From NCBI GenBank assembly GCA_031258255.1, contig JAIRNC010000056.1, positions 3,428 through 67,427 on the forward strand: DNA of 64,000 nt, written 5' to 3'. Both the position numbers and the translations under genes were made by a program. This stretch comes from Synergistaceae bacterium. Its GTDB lineage: Bacteria > Synergistota > Synergistia > Synergistales > Synergistaceae. How positions within the stretch are numbered: the stretch's first letter is position 1; each line of letters opens with the position of its first letter. The notes below the pieces were generated by a model. That model saw nothing but the letters and a program-made list of their open reading frames with translations, did not search any database and was not told the origin of the DNA. Below, one piece after another: positions 25,513 to 36,400 of this stretch.

Positions 25513-26570
25513 CGCCCGGCGCGGACGGCAGACGTTTCGACGTGCTGCTGGCTGGTTACTACGGCTTCGGCAATCTGGGCGACGAGCTGCTCGCGTCCGG
25601 CGCTATCGGTTTTATCGAGCGGGCCGGCATTCGGAGGGAGCGGATAGCCATCCTCTCGCACAGCCCCCGGGAGTCATCGCGCGCGTTAGGGATAGAGGCG
25701 TTCGAACGGGGGCTCGTCTCCTCTTCTTTGAACAGGGCCCTTTGCGCCTCGCGCTCCATGTTCCTAGCCGGCGGCGGCATCTTTCAGGACTCAAGCAGCG
25801 CCAGATCCTGCCTTTACTACTGGGCGCTTGTGCGCAAGGCGCTTCGCTCCTCCTGCCGGGTAGCCGCGTTAAGCCAGTCCATCGGCCCGCTCTCCACGGC
25901 CCTCGGCAGGGCGATGACCAAAGACGCGCTTTCAAGGTGCGCGTACCTTTCGGTCAGGGGCATCACCTCGCTGGAACTGGCGCTAAAGATGGGCCTCAAT
26001 GCCGAGCTCTGCCCTGACATCGTCATGGCCCTGGACGTGCCGAGGCTGGACCCCGCCGAAGACGGGGACGTCCTGATCAACGTCCGCCCGACGAAGGACC
26101 CCAGGATCGCGGAGCGCGTCATAGCGGCGGCGCGGGCGTACGGCGCCTGTGGCAAACGCGTCAGGGGGATAGCCCTCTCGGAGGATGACGCCTCGGAGTT
26201 CGAAAGGCATTTTGCGAGCGGGAAACTGCCACGGTGCGAGGTGGCCATCGTGAAGGGCAAGGACGACTTCGTCCGGGCGTCCCAGGGGGCGTCGGCCGCG
26301 ATTGGGATGAGACTCCACTTCGGCGTGCTGTCACTGCTCCGGGGCCTCAAGCTCGCAATGGCGCCCTATGACCCGAAGGTGGCTGACTTCGCGGAAAAGT
26401 GGGACGCGCTATGCCCCGAATTCGACCTCGGCCAGTCAAACTCTGATATAATAAAAGTATTGACAAAAACTCTGTTTAAGGATAAAAAACAGCCGGATCA
26501 TGATAAAGCGGCGCAAGCCCTTGAAATGGTTTTCAGCAAAGCGTTGAGCCGTGCCTTGGAGGATGCATAG
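25509..26570 (+). CDS. csaB: Polysaccharide pyruvyl transferase CsaB
   Basis: GTG start overlaps the upstream stop (GAGTGA). FDVLLAGYYGFGNLGDELL is the typical CsaB N-terminus. The track ORF begins 73 codons earlier, inside the upstream gene. Confidence 0.75.
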   Translation: MTPGADGRRFDVLLAGYYGFGNLGDELLASGAIGFIERAGIRRERIAILSHSPRESSRALGIEAFERGLVSSSLNRALCASRSMFLAGGGIFQDSSSARSCLYYWALVRKALRSSCRVAALSQSIGPLSTALGRAMTKDALSRCAYLSVRGITSLELALKMGLNAELCPDIVMALDVPRLDPAEDGDVLINVRPTKDPRIAERVIAAARAYGACGKRVRGIALSEDDASEFERHFASGKLPRCEVAIVKGKDDFVRASQGASAAIGMRLHFGVLSLLRGLKLAMAPYDPKVADFAEKWDALCPEFDLGQSNSDIIKVLTKTLFKDKKQPDHDKAAQALEMVFSKALSRALEDA

Positions 26571-27392
26571 ATGGATGACGCAAGGAGGGGCGAGCTCGCG
26601 GAAATCGCCCTCAATATCAGGAAGGATGTCGTCCGCATGGCGGGCGTGTCGAGGTCATACGGCCTTTCGCCGGCGCTATCGGTAGTCGAGCTCCTCGTCT
26701 ACCTGTACTGGGAATTTATGAAGGTCTTCCCGAGCCGGAGGAACAACCCTGAGCGCGACAGGCTCGTCCTGAGCAGCGTCTCCGCGGCCCCGGCGCTTTA
26801 CGCCTGCCTTTCGAGTCTCGGCTTCTTCGACCGTGACGAGCTCTGGAGCTACAGGAGGCTCGGCGGGATGCTGCAAGGGCACCCTGACATACGCACGCCC
26901 GGCATAGACGCGCCCGGCGGGACAAACGGCTTGGGCATAGCCCTCGGGCTTGCGCTTCAGATCCGCATGGCAGGGCACGCCGGCAGGGTCTTCTGCGTGA
27001 TGGGCGTGGGTGAGCCGCGCTGGGACGGGCTGTGGGAATCCATTGACGCGGCGGCTGGGCTCGCGCCCGGCAACCTCTTCATGATCATGGAGTCATCCGG
27101 CGACCCACGTTGCGGCGTGGAGGCTGAAGCGACCCTCATAAATCGACTCGGCGCCTTCGGCTGGAGGACGGACGTGGCGGACGGGCGCGATTTCGCATCC
27201 ATAGAACGCGCCTTCCGATCGATCGAGACGTCAGGGCCCGAACCCGTAGCCATTATCGCCCTGACCGGCAGCAACCAGCGTCTTGACGCCTTCGAGCCAG
27301 ATGCGCGGGACACGCCTCCGTCGCTGGACGACGTGGAGCGCGCGCTCTCTGAGCTGGACACTAAGGCCGGCGATCACGGAGGCTCGGCGTGA
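26571..27392 (+). CDS. Transketolase N-terminal-subunit-like protein with a degenerate ThDP site
   Basis: Colinear with split transketolase N-subunits, but SKGH is replaced by SSVS, GDGE..EG by GVGEPRWDG, and D(R/Y)N by ESSGD. Confidence 0.7.
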   Translation: MDDARRGELAEIALNIRKDVVRMAGVSRSYGLSPALSVVELLVYLYWEFMKVFPSRRNNPERDRLVLSSVSAAPALYACLSSLGFFDRDELWSYRRLGGMLQGHPDIRTPGIDAPGGTNGLGIALGLALQIRMAGHAGRVFCVMGVGEPRWDGLWESIDAAAGLAPGNLFMIMESSGDPRCGVEAEATLINRLGAFGWRTDVADGRDFASIERAFRSIETSGPEPVAIIALTGSNQRLDAFEPDARDTPPSLDDVERALSELDTKAGDHGGSA

Positions 27393-28321
27393 ACGGCCCG
27401 GGGCGCAGTTACGACGGCGCGCGTGACGCCCTCTCTTGCATGAAGGGGGGAGGCAACGCCGTGATCCTGGAACCCGACAGGGCGACGCTCAACGCCAATG
27501 AGCCGGATCTAGGCGGCATATCTATCGGCCCGTCGGAACAAAACGCCGTTCTCGTGGCCTCTGGCCTCTCCTTAGACGGCAGGCGGGTATTTATCTGGGC
27601 CCCTGGCTCGCCGCTCTTCGTCGCCCGTTCCTATGAGCAGATTCGCACGGCGGTAGCTATTCCTAATCTTAAAGTAGTGATATTATCTTCCCATGACTGG
27701 ACGGCCTTGGGGCACGATGGCGCGGTAGGGTTGATGTGCGAGGACATAGCCCTTATGAGGGTGATGCCAAATATGGCTGTCTTGGTACCGTCAGACAGGA
27801 ACAGCGCCTTTGCGCTCACCAGGTCGCTGGCGGGCCACGACGGCCCCGCCTACGTGCGTCTCAGCATGGCGGCCGCGGGCGACATCTACGATTACGGTGA
27901 CGGCGACTTCGCCGTCGGTGGCGCCAGGCTCCTCACTGAGGGCGACGGCGTGACGGTAGCTTCATGCGGCGTCATGGTAAAGGAAGCGCTGGAAGCCGCG
28001 AAGGTCTTGTCGCAGCAGGGGATCAACGCCGAGGTCATAGACTGTTACAGCATAAAGCCCTTTCCTGAGAGGATGCTGCTCGCGTCCGTCCGAAGGACGG
28101 GGTGCTGCGTGGTGGCTGAAAAGCACGCGAACGCGGCAGGCCTGTACGGGGCGGTCACGGAGTGTCTCGCCAGGAATTACACGGTCCCTGTCAGGAGCGT
28201 GGCGATAGGGGACAGTTTCGCGACTAGCGGGACGCATGAAGAGATGCAGGAGTATTACGGGCTCACGCACAGGGAGATAGTCCACAATGTCGTCCAGGTC
28301 TGGGCTATGCGCAGGAGGTAA
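27389..28321 (+). CDS. Transketolase C-terminal-subunit-like protein (Pyr plus C-terminal domains), partly degenerate
   Basis: GPSEQN replaces GIAEQN, and GHDGAVGLMCEDIALMR replaces G.DGATHQ..EDIA.MR. PNMAVLVPSD is retained. Confidence 0.7.
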   Translation: MNGPGRSYDGARDALSCMKGGGNAVILEPDRATLNANEPDLGGISIGPSEQNAVLVASGLSLDGRRVFIWAPGSPLFVARSYEQIRTAVAIPNLKVVILSSHDWTALGHDGAVGLMCEDIALMRVMPNMAVLVPSDRNSAFALTRSLAGHDGPAYVRLSMAAAGDIYDYGDGDFAVGGARLLTEGDGVTVASCGVMVKEALEAAKVLSQQGINAEVIDCYSIKPFPERMLLASVRRTGCCVVAEKHANAAGLYGAVTECLARNYTVPVRSVAIGDSFATSGTHEEMQEYYGLTHREIVHNVVQVWAMRRR

Positions 28322-28323
28322 CT

Positions 28324-29019
28324 ATGGATATCCGTTTCTCTGGAGTGAGCAAGATATTTTACCCTGACATAACGGCGCTGGAGGATATTTATTTAGAGAT
28401 ACCGAAGGGCGAGTTCGTCTACCTGGTGGGGCCGACAGGCTCCGGGAAGACGACGCTGCTCCGCTGCATCACGAGGGAGGTGGCGCCGACGAGGGGGCAG
28501 ATCACCGTCGGCTCCTTCTCGCTGCGCAAGATCAGCAGGGTGGATCTCTCCATCTTCAGGAGGGACATAGGCATTATTTTCCAGGATTTCTGTCTGCTCC
28601 CGCACCTGAACGTCTTCGAGAACGTGGCCTTCGTCCTGGAGGTGCTGGGCGCGCCGCCCCGCGAGGTCAAGGAGCGCACGGGCGAGATACTGGATCAGGT
28701 GAACCTCTGGAGGAGGCGTTTTCTCTATCCGCCGCAGCTGTCTGGGGGCGAGCAGCAGCGCGTCGCCGTGGCGCGGGCCATCGTGAACGCGCCCTCCGTC
28801 CTCCTGGCGGACGAGCCTACGGGCAACCTGGACCTGCACACGGCCGAGGAGATAATGCAGCTCATCATCTCCATAAACGCGCTGGGCACCACAGTCATAA
28901 TGGCCACGCACAACCAGTATCTCGTGGACGCCTACAGGCAGCGCGTGATCGGCATCAGGTCCGGCCGGATAGTCAGGGACGAGAAGAGGGGGAGGTACAA
29001 CCTGGATGGGGAGCTTTAA
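28324..29019 (+). CDS. ftsE: Cell division ATP-binding protein FtsE
   Basis: Walker [10 protein letters not shown], signature LSGGEQQR, followed by ftsX. Confidence 0.9.
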   Translation: MDIRFSGVSKIFYPDITALEDIYLEIPKGEFVYLVGPTGSGKTTLLRCITREVAPTRGQITVGSFSLRKISRVDLSIFRRDIGIIFQDFCLLPHLNVFENVAFVLEVLGAPPREVKERTGEILDQVNLWRRRFLYPPQLSGGEQQRVAVARAIVNAPSVLLADEPTGNLDLHTAEEIMQLIISINALGTTVIMATHNQYLVDAYRQRVIGIRSGRIVRDEKRGRYNLDGEL

Positions 29020-29896
29020 ATACACTTTCCGGGACGCCACCCGCCTTATCGTAAGGCACTGGGGCCTCTCCCTCCTCACGGTGCTCACCTCGATGTCGGT
29101 GTTTTACCTGATAGGGGCGAGCGTCCTCTTGGTGCTGAACACGCGCCACATCGTGAATATCATGGAGGGGGAGCTCACGATACAGGCGTTCCTGGCGCCG
29201 GAGGCCTCAGCGGACGTGGTAGCCAAGAGGGCTACGACCCTGTCCCACGTCACTAAGATCTCGATCATCACGCCGGAGATAGCCCTGGGCAGGCTCCAGG
29301 TCCGCGTCGAGCCGAGAATGCCCAACGTGCTGGGCTTCCTGGCTGACGACAACCCGCTCCCGTGGAGCATAGAGATTTCCGTGGACAGGGCCGACGGCGT
29401 GAGGGCCGTGGCGGACGCGCTCTCCGCGATGGAGGGCGTCTCGGATGTCGTCTACGCAGTAGAGCTCGCCCAGAAGCTGGCGAATTTCTCACGGTTCGCG
29501 GGGCAGTTTTCCGTGGTGATGCTGCTCGTGGCCATAACGGCGAGCGCCGTGGTGCTGTTCAACACCATAAGGATATCCGTCTACTCCAAGGAGGAGGAGA
29601 TAGGCATAATGCTGATGGTGGGGGCGACGCCGACGTTCGTGGCCATGCCGTTCGTGATACAGGGCATATTGCTTGGGGGGATCGGTTCGCTGGGGGCGAG
29701 CGTCCTCCTCAGTTTGAGTTATAATGGCATTATAGAGCGGCTGAAAGAGTTGCTGCCGTTCCTGCCGTTCCTGGAGCGGGGCATGTTGGTGGCGAAGCTG
29801 GGCGTGATACTCGTGGGCTCCGGCGCGACCTTGAGCCTCATAGCGAGCCTGCTGGCCGTAGAAGCGTTCACGAGAAGGGCTATGAAGCCCCTTTGA
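29006..29896 (+). CDS. ftsX: Cell division permease FtsX
   Basis: 296 aa with 4 TM segments and a large first periplasmic loop. Overlaps ftsE. Confidence 0.85.
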   Translation: MGSFKYTFRDATRLIVRHWGLSLLTVLTSMSVFYLIGASVLLVLNTRHIVNIMEGELTIQAFLAPEASADVVAKRATTLSHVTKISIITPEIALGRLQVRVEPRMPNVLGFLADDNPLPWSIEISVDRADGVRAVADALSAMEGVSDVVYAVELAQKLANFSRFAGQFSVVMLLVAITASAVVLFNTIRISVYSKEEEIGIMLMVGATPTFVAMPFVIQGILLGGIGSLGASVLLSLSYNGIIERLKELLPFLPFLERGMLVAKLGVILVGSGATLSLIASLLAVEAFTRRAMKPL

Positions 29897-29919
29897 CTTA
29901 CGAGAGGAGACGTGATGGG

Positions 29920-31131
29920 ATGACGGAGAAAAAGCGCTTCCGCGCCTGGACGCTGGCCTTTTTGACGGCTGTGTTCGTTTTGCCGGGCACCGCGGCCCTT
30001 GCCGCAGCCGCAGCCCCGCAGAACCTGGGGGACCTCGAGAGCCAGATCAAGGCACAGGAGCAGCGCTACAAGAAGATGCAGGATCAGATCAAGGAGAGCA
30101 ACCAGAAGCTGAAGGCCGCGAACAAAAAAGAGGACAAGGTGATGAAGGACATCACCAACCTGAGCGCCGAGATCAGCAAGACGGAGCAGCTCAGGACCAT
30201 CGCCGTCCTCAAGAGGAACAAGATAGCGAACAAGATTGCCGAGATACTGGCCCAGATCGACGAGACATCCGGCAGCATCGAGGGCGTGAAGCAGCTCCTG
30301 AGGAGCAGGGTCGTCGCTATGTACAAGTACGGCGGCATCACTGAGTTCAATCTACTGCTCTCCGCGAGCGGGGTGCAGGACGCCCTCTCCACGTCGTACA
30401 TGCTGAGCAAGATCGCCGAGCAGGACAAGGCACTGATCGACGACCTCGCCATAAAGAAAGCGACGCTGGACAAGGCGCGGGAGGAGCTGGTGAAGCAGAA
30501 GGCCGAGCTCGATTTGCGCGACAAGGAGCTGCAGAAGAGGAAGTCGTCCATAGAGAAGACCACGAAGGAGCGGAACAAACTCCTGCAGCAGGTCCGCAAG
30601 GACAAGGCGCTATTCCAGGCCCAGCAGGAGGAGCTGCTGAAGGCTTCGAAGGATCTGCAGCAGAAGGTCAACCAGCTCCTCGCCGCCAAGAAGAAGATGC
30701 AGCAGCAAAACCGCGGCGGCGCCACGCCGCTCTATTACAAGGGCGGGAGGCTCGCGTGGCCTCTGAGGGGCGCCATCACCAGCCCCTACGGCTCCAGGAT
30801 CCACCCCATATTCAAGACCCGGACGACCCACACCGGCATCGACATAGACGGCAACAAGGGCGACCCGGTGCGCGCCGCCGCAGACGGCGAGATCCTCTAC
30901 ACCGGCTGGCTGAGGGGGTACGGGCAGGTCGTCATAATAGACCACGGCGGCAACCTGACCACCGTTTACGCGCACCTATCCGCCATCGACACGACCGAGA
31001 ACGCGAAGGTCAAGGCAGGCGACGTAGTGGGTAAGGTCGGGTCTACCGGCACGGCCACAGGCAACCATCTGCACTTCGAGGTCAGGGTGAACGGCAGCAC
31101 CACGGACCCTCTGACGTATCTCAACAAATAG
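29920..31131 (+). CDS. Coiled-coil M23 peptidase (EnvC-like murein hydrolase activator)
   Basis: Signal peptide, long Lys/Gln/Glu coiled coil, C-terminal HTGIDI...GNHLHFEV M23 motifs. GAGGAG lies upstream of the ATG at 29920; the track start at 29893 (TTG) is an alternative. Confidence 0.85.
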   Translation: MTEKKRFRAWTLAFLTAVFVLPGTAALAAAAAPQNLGDLESQIKAQEQRYKKMQDQIKESNQKLKAANKKEDKVMKDITNLSAEISKTEQLRTIAVLKRNKIANKIAEILAQIDETSGSIEGVKQLLRSRVVAMYKYGGITEFNLLLSASGVQDALSTSYMLSKIAEQDKALIDDLAIKKATLDKAREELVKQKAELDLRDKELQKRKSSIEKTTKERNKLLQQVRKDKALFQAQQEELLKASKDLQQKVNQLLAAKKKMQQQNRGGATPLYYKGGRLAWPLRGAITSPYGSRIHPIFKTRTTHTGIDIDGNKGDPVRAAADGEILYTGWLRGYGQVVIIDHGGNLTTVYAHLSAIDTTENAKVKAGDVVGKVGSTGTATGNHLHFEVRVNGSTTDPLTYLNK

Positions 31132-31167
31132 CGCCGCAGGCCAGTCCAGGCGTCGTTTGCCAGTGAA

Positions 31168-31198
31168 CAGCCGCCCCCAGAGGGGCTGGAGATTTTTT
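31168..31198 (+). terminator. Possible intrinsic terminator
   Basis: Imperfect CAGCC(G)CC...GGGGCTG hairpin followed by GAGATTTTTT. Confidence 0.35.
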
Positions 31199-31223
31199 CA
31201 GGAAAGAAGAGGCGCTTCGTATT

Positions 31224-32426
31224 TTGAAAAGATTTAAGGATTTGTTCATCGGAGTCACGCTGGGCGCGCTGATCACGGCCAGCTTCACGCTTTCAGACAC
31301 TGCGGACGGCGCCGGCGACTGGCAGCGCTTCCTGCCATTCTCGCATCAGAACTTGCTCGTGATGCGGCAGGCGCGCTCCATACTTGAGACGTACTTCATA
31401 GACGGGGAGGACGGGCTGGACGAGAAGGAGTTTTTCTTCGGCTCGATGCGCGGCCTCGTTGCCGCCGCAGACGACCCGTACACCAGGTTCGTCGAGCCGG
31501 AGCAGCTCACCGAGGAGAACATGGAGATGGAGGGCGAGTACGGCGGGCTTGGCATGTACGTCGGCACCCGCGACGGCAAGATACTCGTCATCAGCCCCAT
31601 CGACGACACCCCGGCCGACAGGGCCGGCGTCAAGCCCCTGGACGAGATCGTAAAGGTCGACGAGAAGATCGTGGTGGGCATGGATCAGAACGACGTGGTC
31701 AAGATGCTCCGCGGCCCAGCTGACACGTCCGTTAAGATCCAGGTCCGCAGGACGGGGGAGAGCGACTTTCTGACGTTCGACCTGAGGCGTGAGGTCATCA
31801 ACATAAAGACCGTGCGCATCGAGATGATAGACAGGATCGCATACGTGCGGCTCAATAACTTCCACCACAAGACGTCTTCTGAGCTGGAGGAGGCGCTGGC
31901 GGAGGCCAAGTCCAAAAAGGCAGTCGGCATAATTCTGGACATGCGCAACAATCCTGGCGGGCTCCTGAACGTCGCTGTGGACGTGGCATCGCAGTTCCTC
32001 GATGGCGGCCTCGTGGTCAGCATGAAGGGCAGGGTCAACCGCTTCGACGACGCCCTCTTCGCCGGTGAGGGCAAGGCGACCGACCTGCCGCTGGTGGTGC
32101 TGGTCAACGAGGGGAGCGCCAGCGCGTCTGAGATCGTGGCTGGCGCCATACAGGACAGGGGGCGCGGCCCGCTCGTCGGCACGAAGACGTTCGGCAAGGG
32201 TTCCGTGCAGTCGCTCTTCAACCTCCCGGACAACGCCGGGATGTACGTCACCATAGCGCGATACAAGACGCCTGCGGACAAGGTGATCGACCACAAGGGC
32301 CTCCTGCCGGATTACAGGGTGGAGGGCGGCCCAGTCACGGACAAGGCGAAGGACGCGCAGCTTCAGAAGGCGCTCGGCGTCATGAAAAACGTCGTCCTCG
32401 CGTCACAGAAAAAGAAGACGGATTGA
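31224..32426 (+). CDS. S41 carboxy-terminal processing protease with PDZ domain
   Basis: GGLGMYV...PADRAGVKPLDEIVKVD (PDZ) and NEGSASASEIVAGAIQD (catalytic Ser). TTG start. Confidence 0.85.
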   Translation: MKRFKDLFIGVTLGALITASFTLSDTADGAGDWQRFLPFSHQNLLVMRQARSILETYFIDGEDGLDEKEFFFGSMRGLVAAADDPYTRFVEPEQLTEENMEMEGEYGGLGMYVGTRDGKILVISPIDDTPADRAGVKPLDEIVKVDEKIVVGMDQNDVVKMLRGPADTSVKIQVRRTGESDFLTFDLRREVINIKTVRIEMIDRIAYVRLNNFHHKTSSELEEALAEAKSKKAVGIILDMRNNPGGLLNVAVDVASQFLDGGLVVSMKGRVNRFDDALFAGEGKATDLPLVVLVNEGSASASEIVAGAIQDRGRGPLVGTKTFGKGSVQSLFNLPDNAGMYVTIARYKTPADKVIDHKGLLPDYRVEGGPVTDKAKDAQLQKALGVMKNVVLASQKKKTD

Positions 32427-32443
32427 ATTAAGGAGTGCCAGAG

Positions 32444-33356
32444 ATGCGTTTCCGCTGGTTCTTTGCCGTCCTTCTGTTGGTTTTGTGCGCTCTCGCCGCG
32501 ATATACGCCCTAGGTGTCGTGGAGAAAGAGCATGAGGTGACGGGAGGCCCGGGGGCGGGCGAGCCGGCCCCAGTTTCGCCCGACATTGCGCCGCCAGAGA
32601 GCCTGCCCGACATAGCGCCCCTTACGCCTGAGGGCGCAGTTCCTGCCAGGTCGCTTGACAGGCCTGACAGCGGGAGGTTCCTCGCGATAGTCATGGATGA
32701 CTGCGGAGGGAACATTGAACTCGCGAGACAGGTGCTGTCGATGGATCTGCCGCTCACCTGGGCGATCATACCGAACCTGAGGTATAGCTCAGAGACCGCC
32801 TCGCTCCTGGCTGACTCCGGCGTTCCCTTCCTAGTGCACGTGCCGATGCAGGCTGTCCCTGATCCTGACGGCAAGGCTGGCGATCCAAGGCTCTACTATA
32901 TAGGGACGGGGATGAGCCAGGACGAGGTGCGGGAAGCGCTCACCCCGTTGCTCGACTCACTGCCGGGAGCTTACGGCATCAACAACCACAGGGGATCCAA
33001 GGCGACGGAGGATAGGGCTCTCATGGATTCGGTGATGGCAGTCCTCAAGGAACGCGGGCTGTTCTTCATGGACAGCAGCACGTCCAGGAAGACCGTGGCA
33101 TACGAGGCGGCTGCGGAGGCGGGGCTCCTCTCGGCCAAGAACAACCGTTTCCTCGACAACGAATCAGACCGCGCGAAGATATCCGCGCAGATCGAAAAGG
33201 CCATATCGCAAGCCAAGAAGGGCAGCCATATAGCGATCTGCCACCTGAGGCCCCAGACCGTCGCGGCGTTGGAGACGCTTTCGCCGGACGAGATCGCTAA
33301 AGGCGGGGTCAGGCTCGTAACCCTGCCGCAATTGATGGAATTGGAGGAATTGAGCG

Positions 33357-33364
<8 letters not shown>
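32444..33364 (+). CDS. Divergent polysaccharide deacetylase family protein (YibQ-like)
   Basis: FLAIVMDDCGGN...LTWAIIPN...HVPMQ...INNHRGS motifs. AAGGAG lies 8 nt upstream of the ATG at 32444. Confidence 0.8.
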
Positions 33365-34643
<1,279 letters not shown>

Positions 34644-34675
34644 GGAGAGGCGAACCGACACCTGATGGGATCGCG

Positions 34676-35134
34676 TTGCTGATAGCGGACATAGATTTTT
34701 GCGTCCCAGAGGACGCCGGCCAGCTCTTTTCGATAGAGGCTGCCTGTTTCGAGCAGCCCTGGGACAGGCGCGTCATCGAACACGACCTGGCCGACATGGG
34801 GCAGGTCGTGTATATGAAGGCCACGCTCGCCGGGCGCATCGCCGGATACGGCGTCCTCGGGCGGGCCGGACGGGCGGCCCACCTCATGAACATCGCCGTG
34901 CACCCGGACTACAGGTCCAGGTGCGTCGGCCTCCAGCTCATGACGGCGTTTGACGAGATCGCCCGTGAGTGGGGCTGCGGGAGGATGCGCCTTGAGGTGC
35001 GCTCGACGAACGCGCGCGCCCGCGATTTTTACGTGAAGCTCGGCTTCGCCTGTATAAGGACGGAGCGCAATTACTACGCTGGCGGGGAAGACGCCATCAT
35101 CATGGTGGCGCGTCTGCCGTTGCAGGTGAAGTGA
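34676..35134 (+). CDS. rimI: Ribosomal-protein-alanine N-acetyltransferase
   Basis: GNAT fold: IAVHPDYRSRCVGLQLM and EVRSTNARARDFYVKLGF. Confidence 0.75.
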   Translation: MLIADIDFCVPEDAGQLFSIEAACFEQPWDRRVIEHDLADMGQVVYMKATLAGRIAGYGVLGRAGRAAHLMNIAVHPDYRSRCVGLQLMTAFDEIAREWGCGRMRLEVRSTNARARDFYVKLGFACIRTERNYYAGGEDAIIMVARLPLQVK

Positions 35135-35676
35135 GGGAGGGGAACGCGATCAGAAGCCGCATTGTGATCAAGGAAGGCGATATCACGGAGGAGCGCGCCG
35201 ACGCCATCGTAAACGCAGCTAACGAGGGCCTTTTAGGCGGCGGCGGGGTGGACGGGGCGATACACCGCGTCGCCGGACCCGCCCTATTGGACGAGTGCAG
35301 GAAGCTCAGGGGGTGCAAGACTGGTGACGCCAAGGCGACCAGGGGGTACCGCCTGCCCGCTAAATGGGTGATACATGCCGTAGGCCCTGTCTGGTACGGG
35401 AACAGGGACGGCGGTGAGGAGCGTCTGCTCGCGTCGGCTTACCGGCGCTCCCTTGAGGAAGCCGTCCGCATCGGCGCGCGCACGGTCGCGTTCTCGGCAA
35501 TCTCGACCGGGGTGTACGGCTATCCGAAGGACGAGGCCGCCAGGGTAGCGGTAAAGACGATAATAGCCTTCCTTGAGGGCGATCAGGGAGCAGCCATAGA
35601 CGAGGTGAGGCTGGTCTGCTTCTCCCAGGAGTCGAAAAACTGCCACGAGGCAGCCTTAGCCGAGCAGCAGCCGTGA
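35131..35676 (+). CDS. Macro domain protein (O-acetyl-ADP-ribose deacetylase-like)
   Basis: GDITEERADAIVNAANEGLLGGGGVDGAIHRVAG. Confidence 0.85.
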   Translation: MREGNAIRSRIVIKEGDITEERADAIVNAANEGLLGGGGVDGAIHRVAGPALLDECRKLRGCKTGDAKATRGYRLPAKWVIHAVGPVWYGNRDGGEERLLASAYRRSLEEAVRIGARTVAFSAISTGVYGYPKDEAARVAVKTIIAFLEGDQGAAIDEVRLVCFSQESKNCHEAALAEQQP

Positions 35677-35692
35677 TCTGATATCAATTTGA

Positions 35693-35874
35693 GGAATCGC
35701 TGATTAAATGTTCTTTGCGCGAAATGGAGCAGATTCGTTCGCTTCTCGAAATGGCGGTCGTAAAAATGGCCGCAGGCGTAGCAGAGCTACGGTGAGGATC
35801 ATTTTTGCGGCTGACATGAAGGGAGCGGGCGAAGATGCCCTTTTGCAGCCAAAGGTTATTTAATCAGCGGTTCC
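35693..35874. repeat. 182-bp intergenic element bounded by 17-bp inverted repeats (MITE-like or structured RNA)
   Basis: GGAATCGCTGATTAAAT (35693-35709) against ATTTAATCAGCGGTTCC (35858-35874) gives 16/17 complementarity. Internal hairpins GCCGCA...TGCGGC and CGTAG-CAGAG-CTACG. Confidence 0.5.
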
Positions 35875-35900
35875 TTGATTTCAGGACAGGAGGTTTCGCC

Positions 35901-36383
35901 ATGGAAAGGGAAATGAGGAGAAAGGACAAACTGGTCACGGACAGAGGGTGGATCGACGACGTGCTGACGAGAGGGCAGTACCTCTGCCTCGCTCTGGCGA
36001 CGCCGGACGGGATGCCATACGCCCTGCCGATCGGATACGGTTACGAGGACGGCGTCATCTACCTGCACGGGGCGACAGCAGGGCTCAAGAAAGACTTGAT
36101 CGCGGCAAACCCCAAGGTCTCGTTCAACGTGACGCTGGACGTGGAGCTCGTGCGGGCAGAGCGCGGGTCTGACTTCACGTTCAAGTACAGGAGCGTGACG
36201 GGCATGGGCGACGCGAGCACGGTCACGGATCTGGATCAGAAGAACGCGGCGCTCGCTGCCCTGATGAGGCACTACAGCGGGCCGCACTCCGACCTGACGC
36301 CGGAAGGGAGCCGCGCCGTCTGGATAGTCAGGATAGAGATCCGCCAGGTCACGGGCAAGTGCAGCGGCTATCCGAAACCGTAG
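35901..36383 (+). CDS. Pyridoxamine 5-prime-phosphate oxidase family (NimA-like) flavoprotein
   Basis: MEREMRRKDKLVTDRGWIDDVLTRGQYLCLALATPDGMPYALPIGYGYEDGVIYLHGA. GGAGG lies 7 nt upstream of the ATG at 35901. Confidence 0.7.
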   Translation: MEREMRRKDKLVTDRGWIDDVLTRGQYLCLALATPDGMPYALPIGYGYEDGVIYLHGATAGLKKDLIAANPKVSFNVTLDVELVRAERGSDFTFKYRSVTGMGDASTVTDLDQKNAALAALMRHYSGPHSDLTPEGSRAVWIVRIEIRQVTGKCSGYPKP

Positions 36384-36400
36384 CGCGCTCCTCGCGCTCC

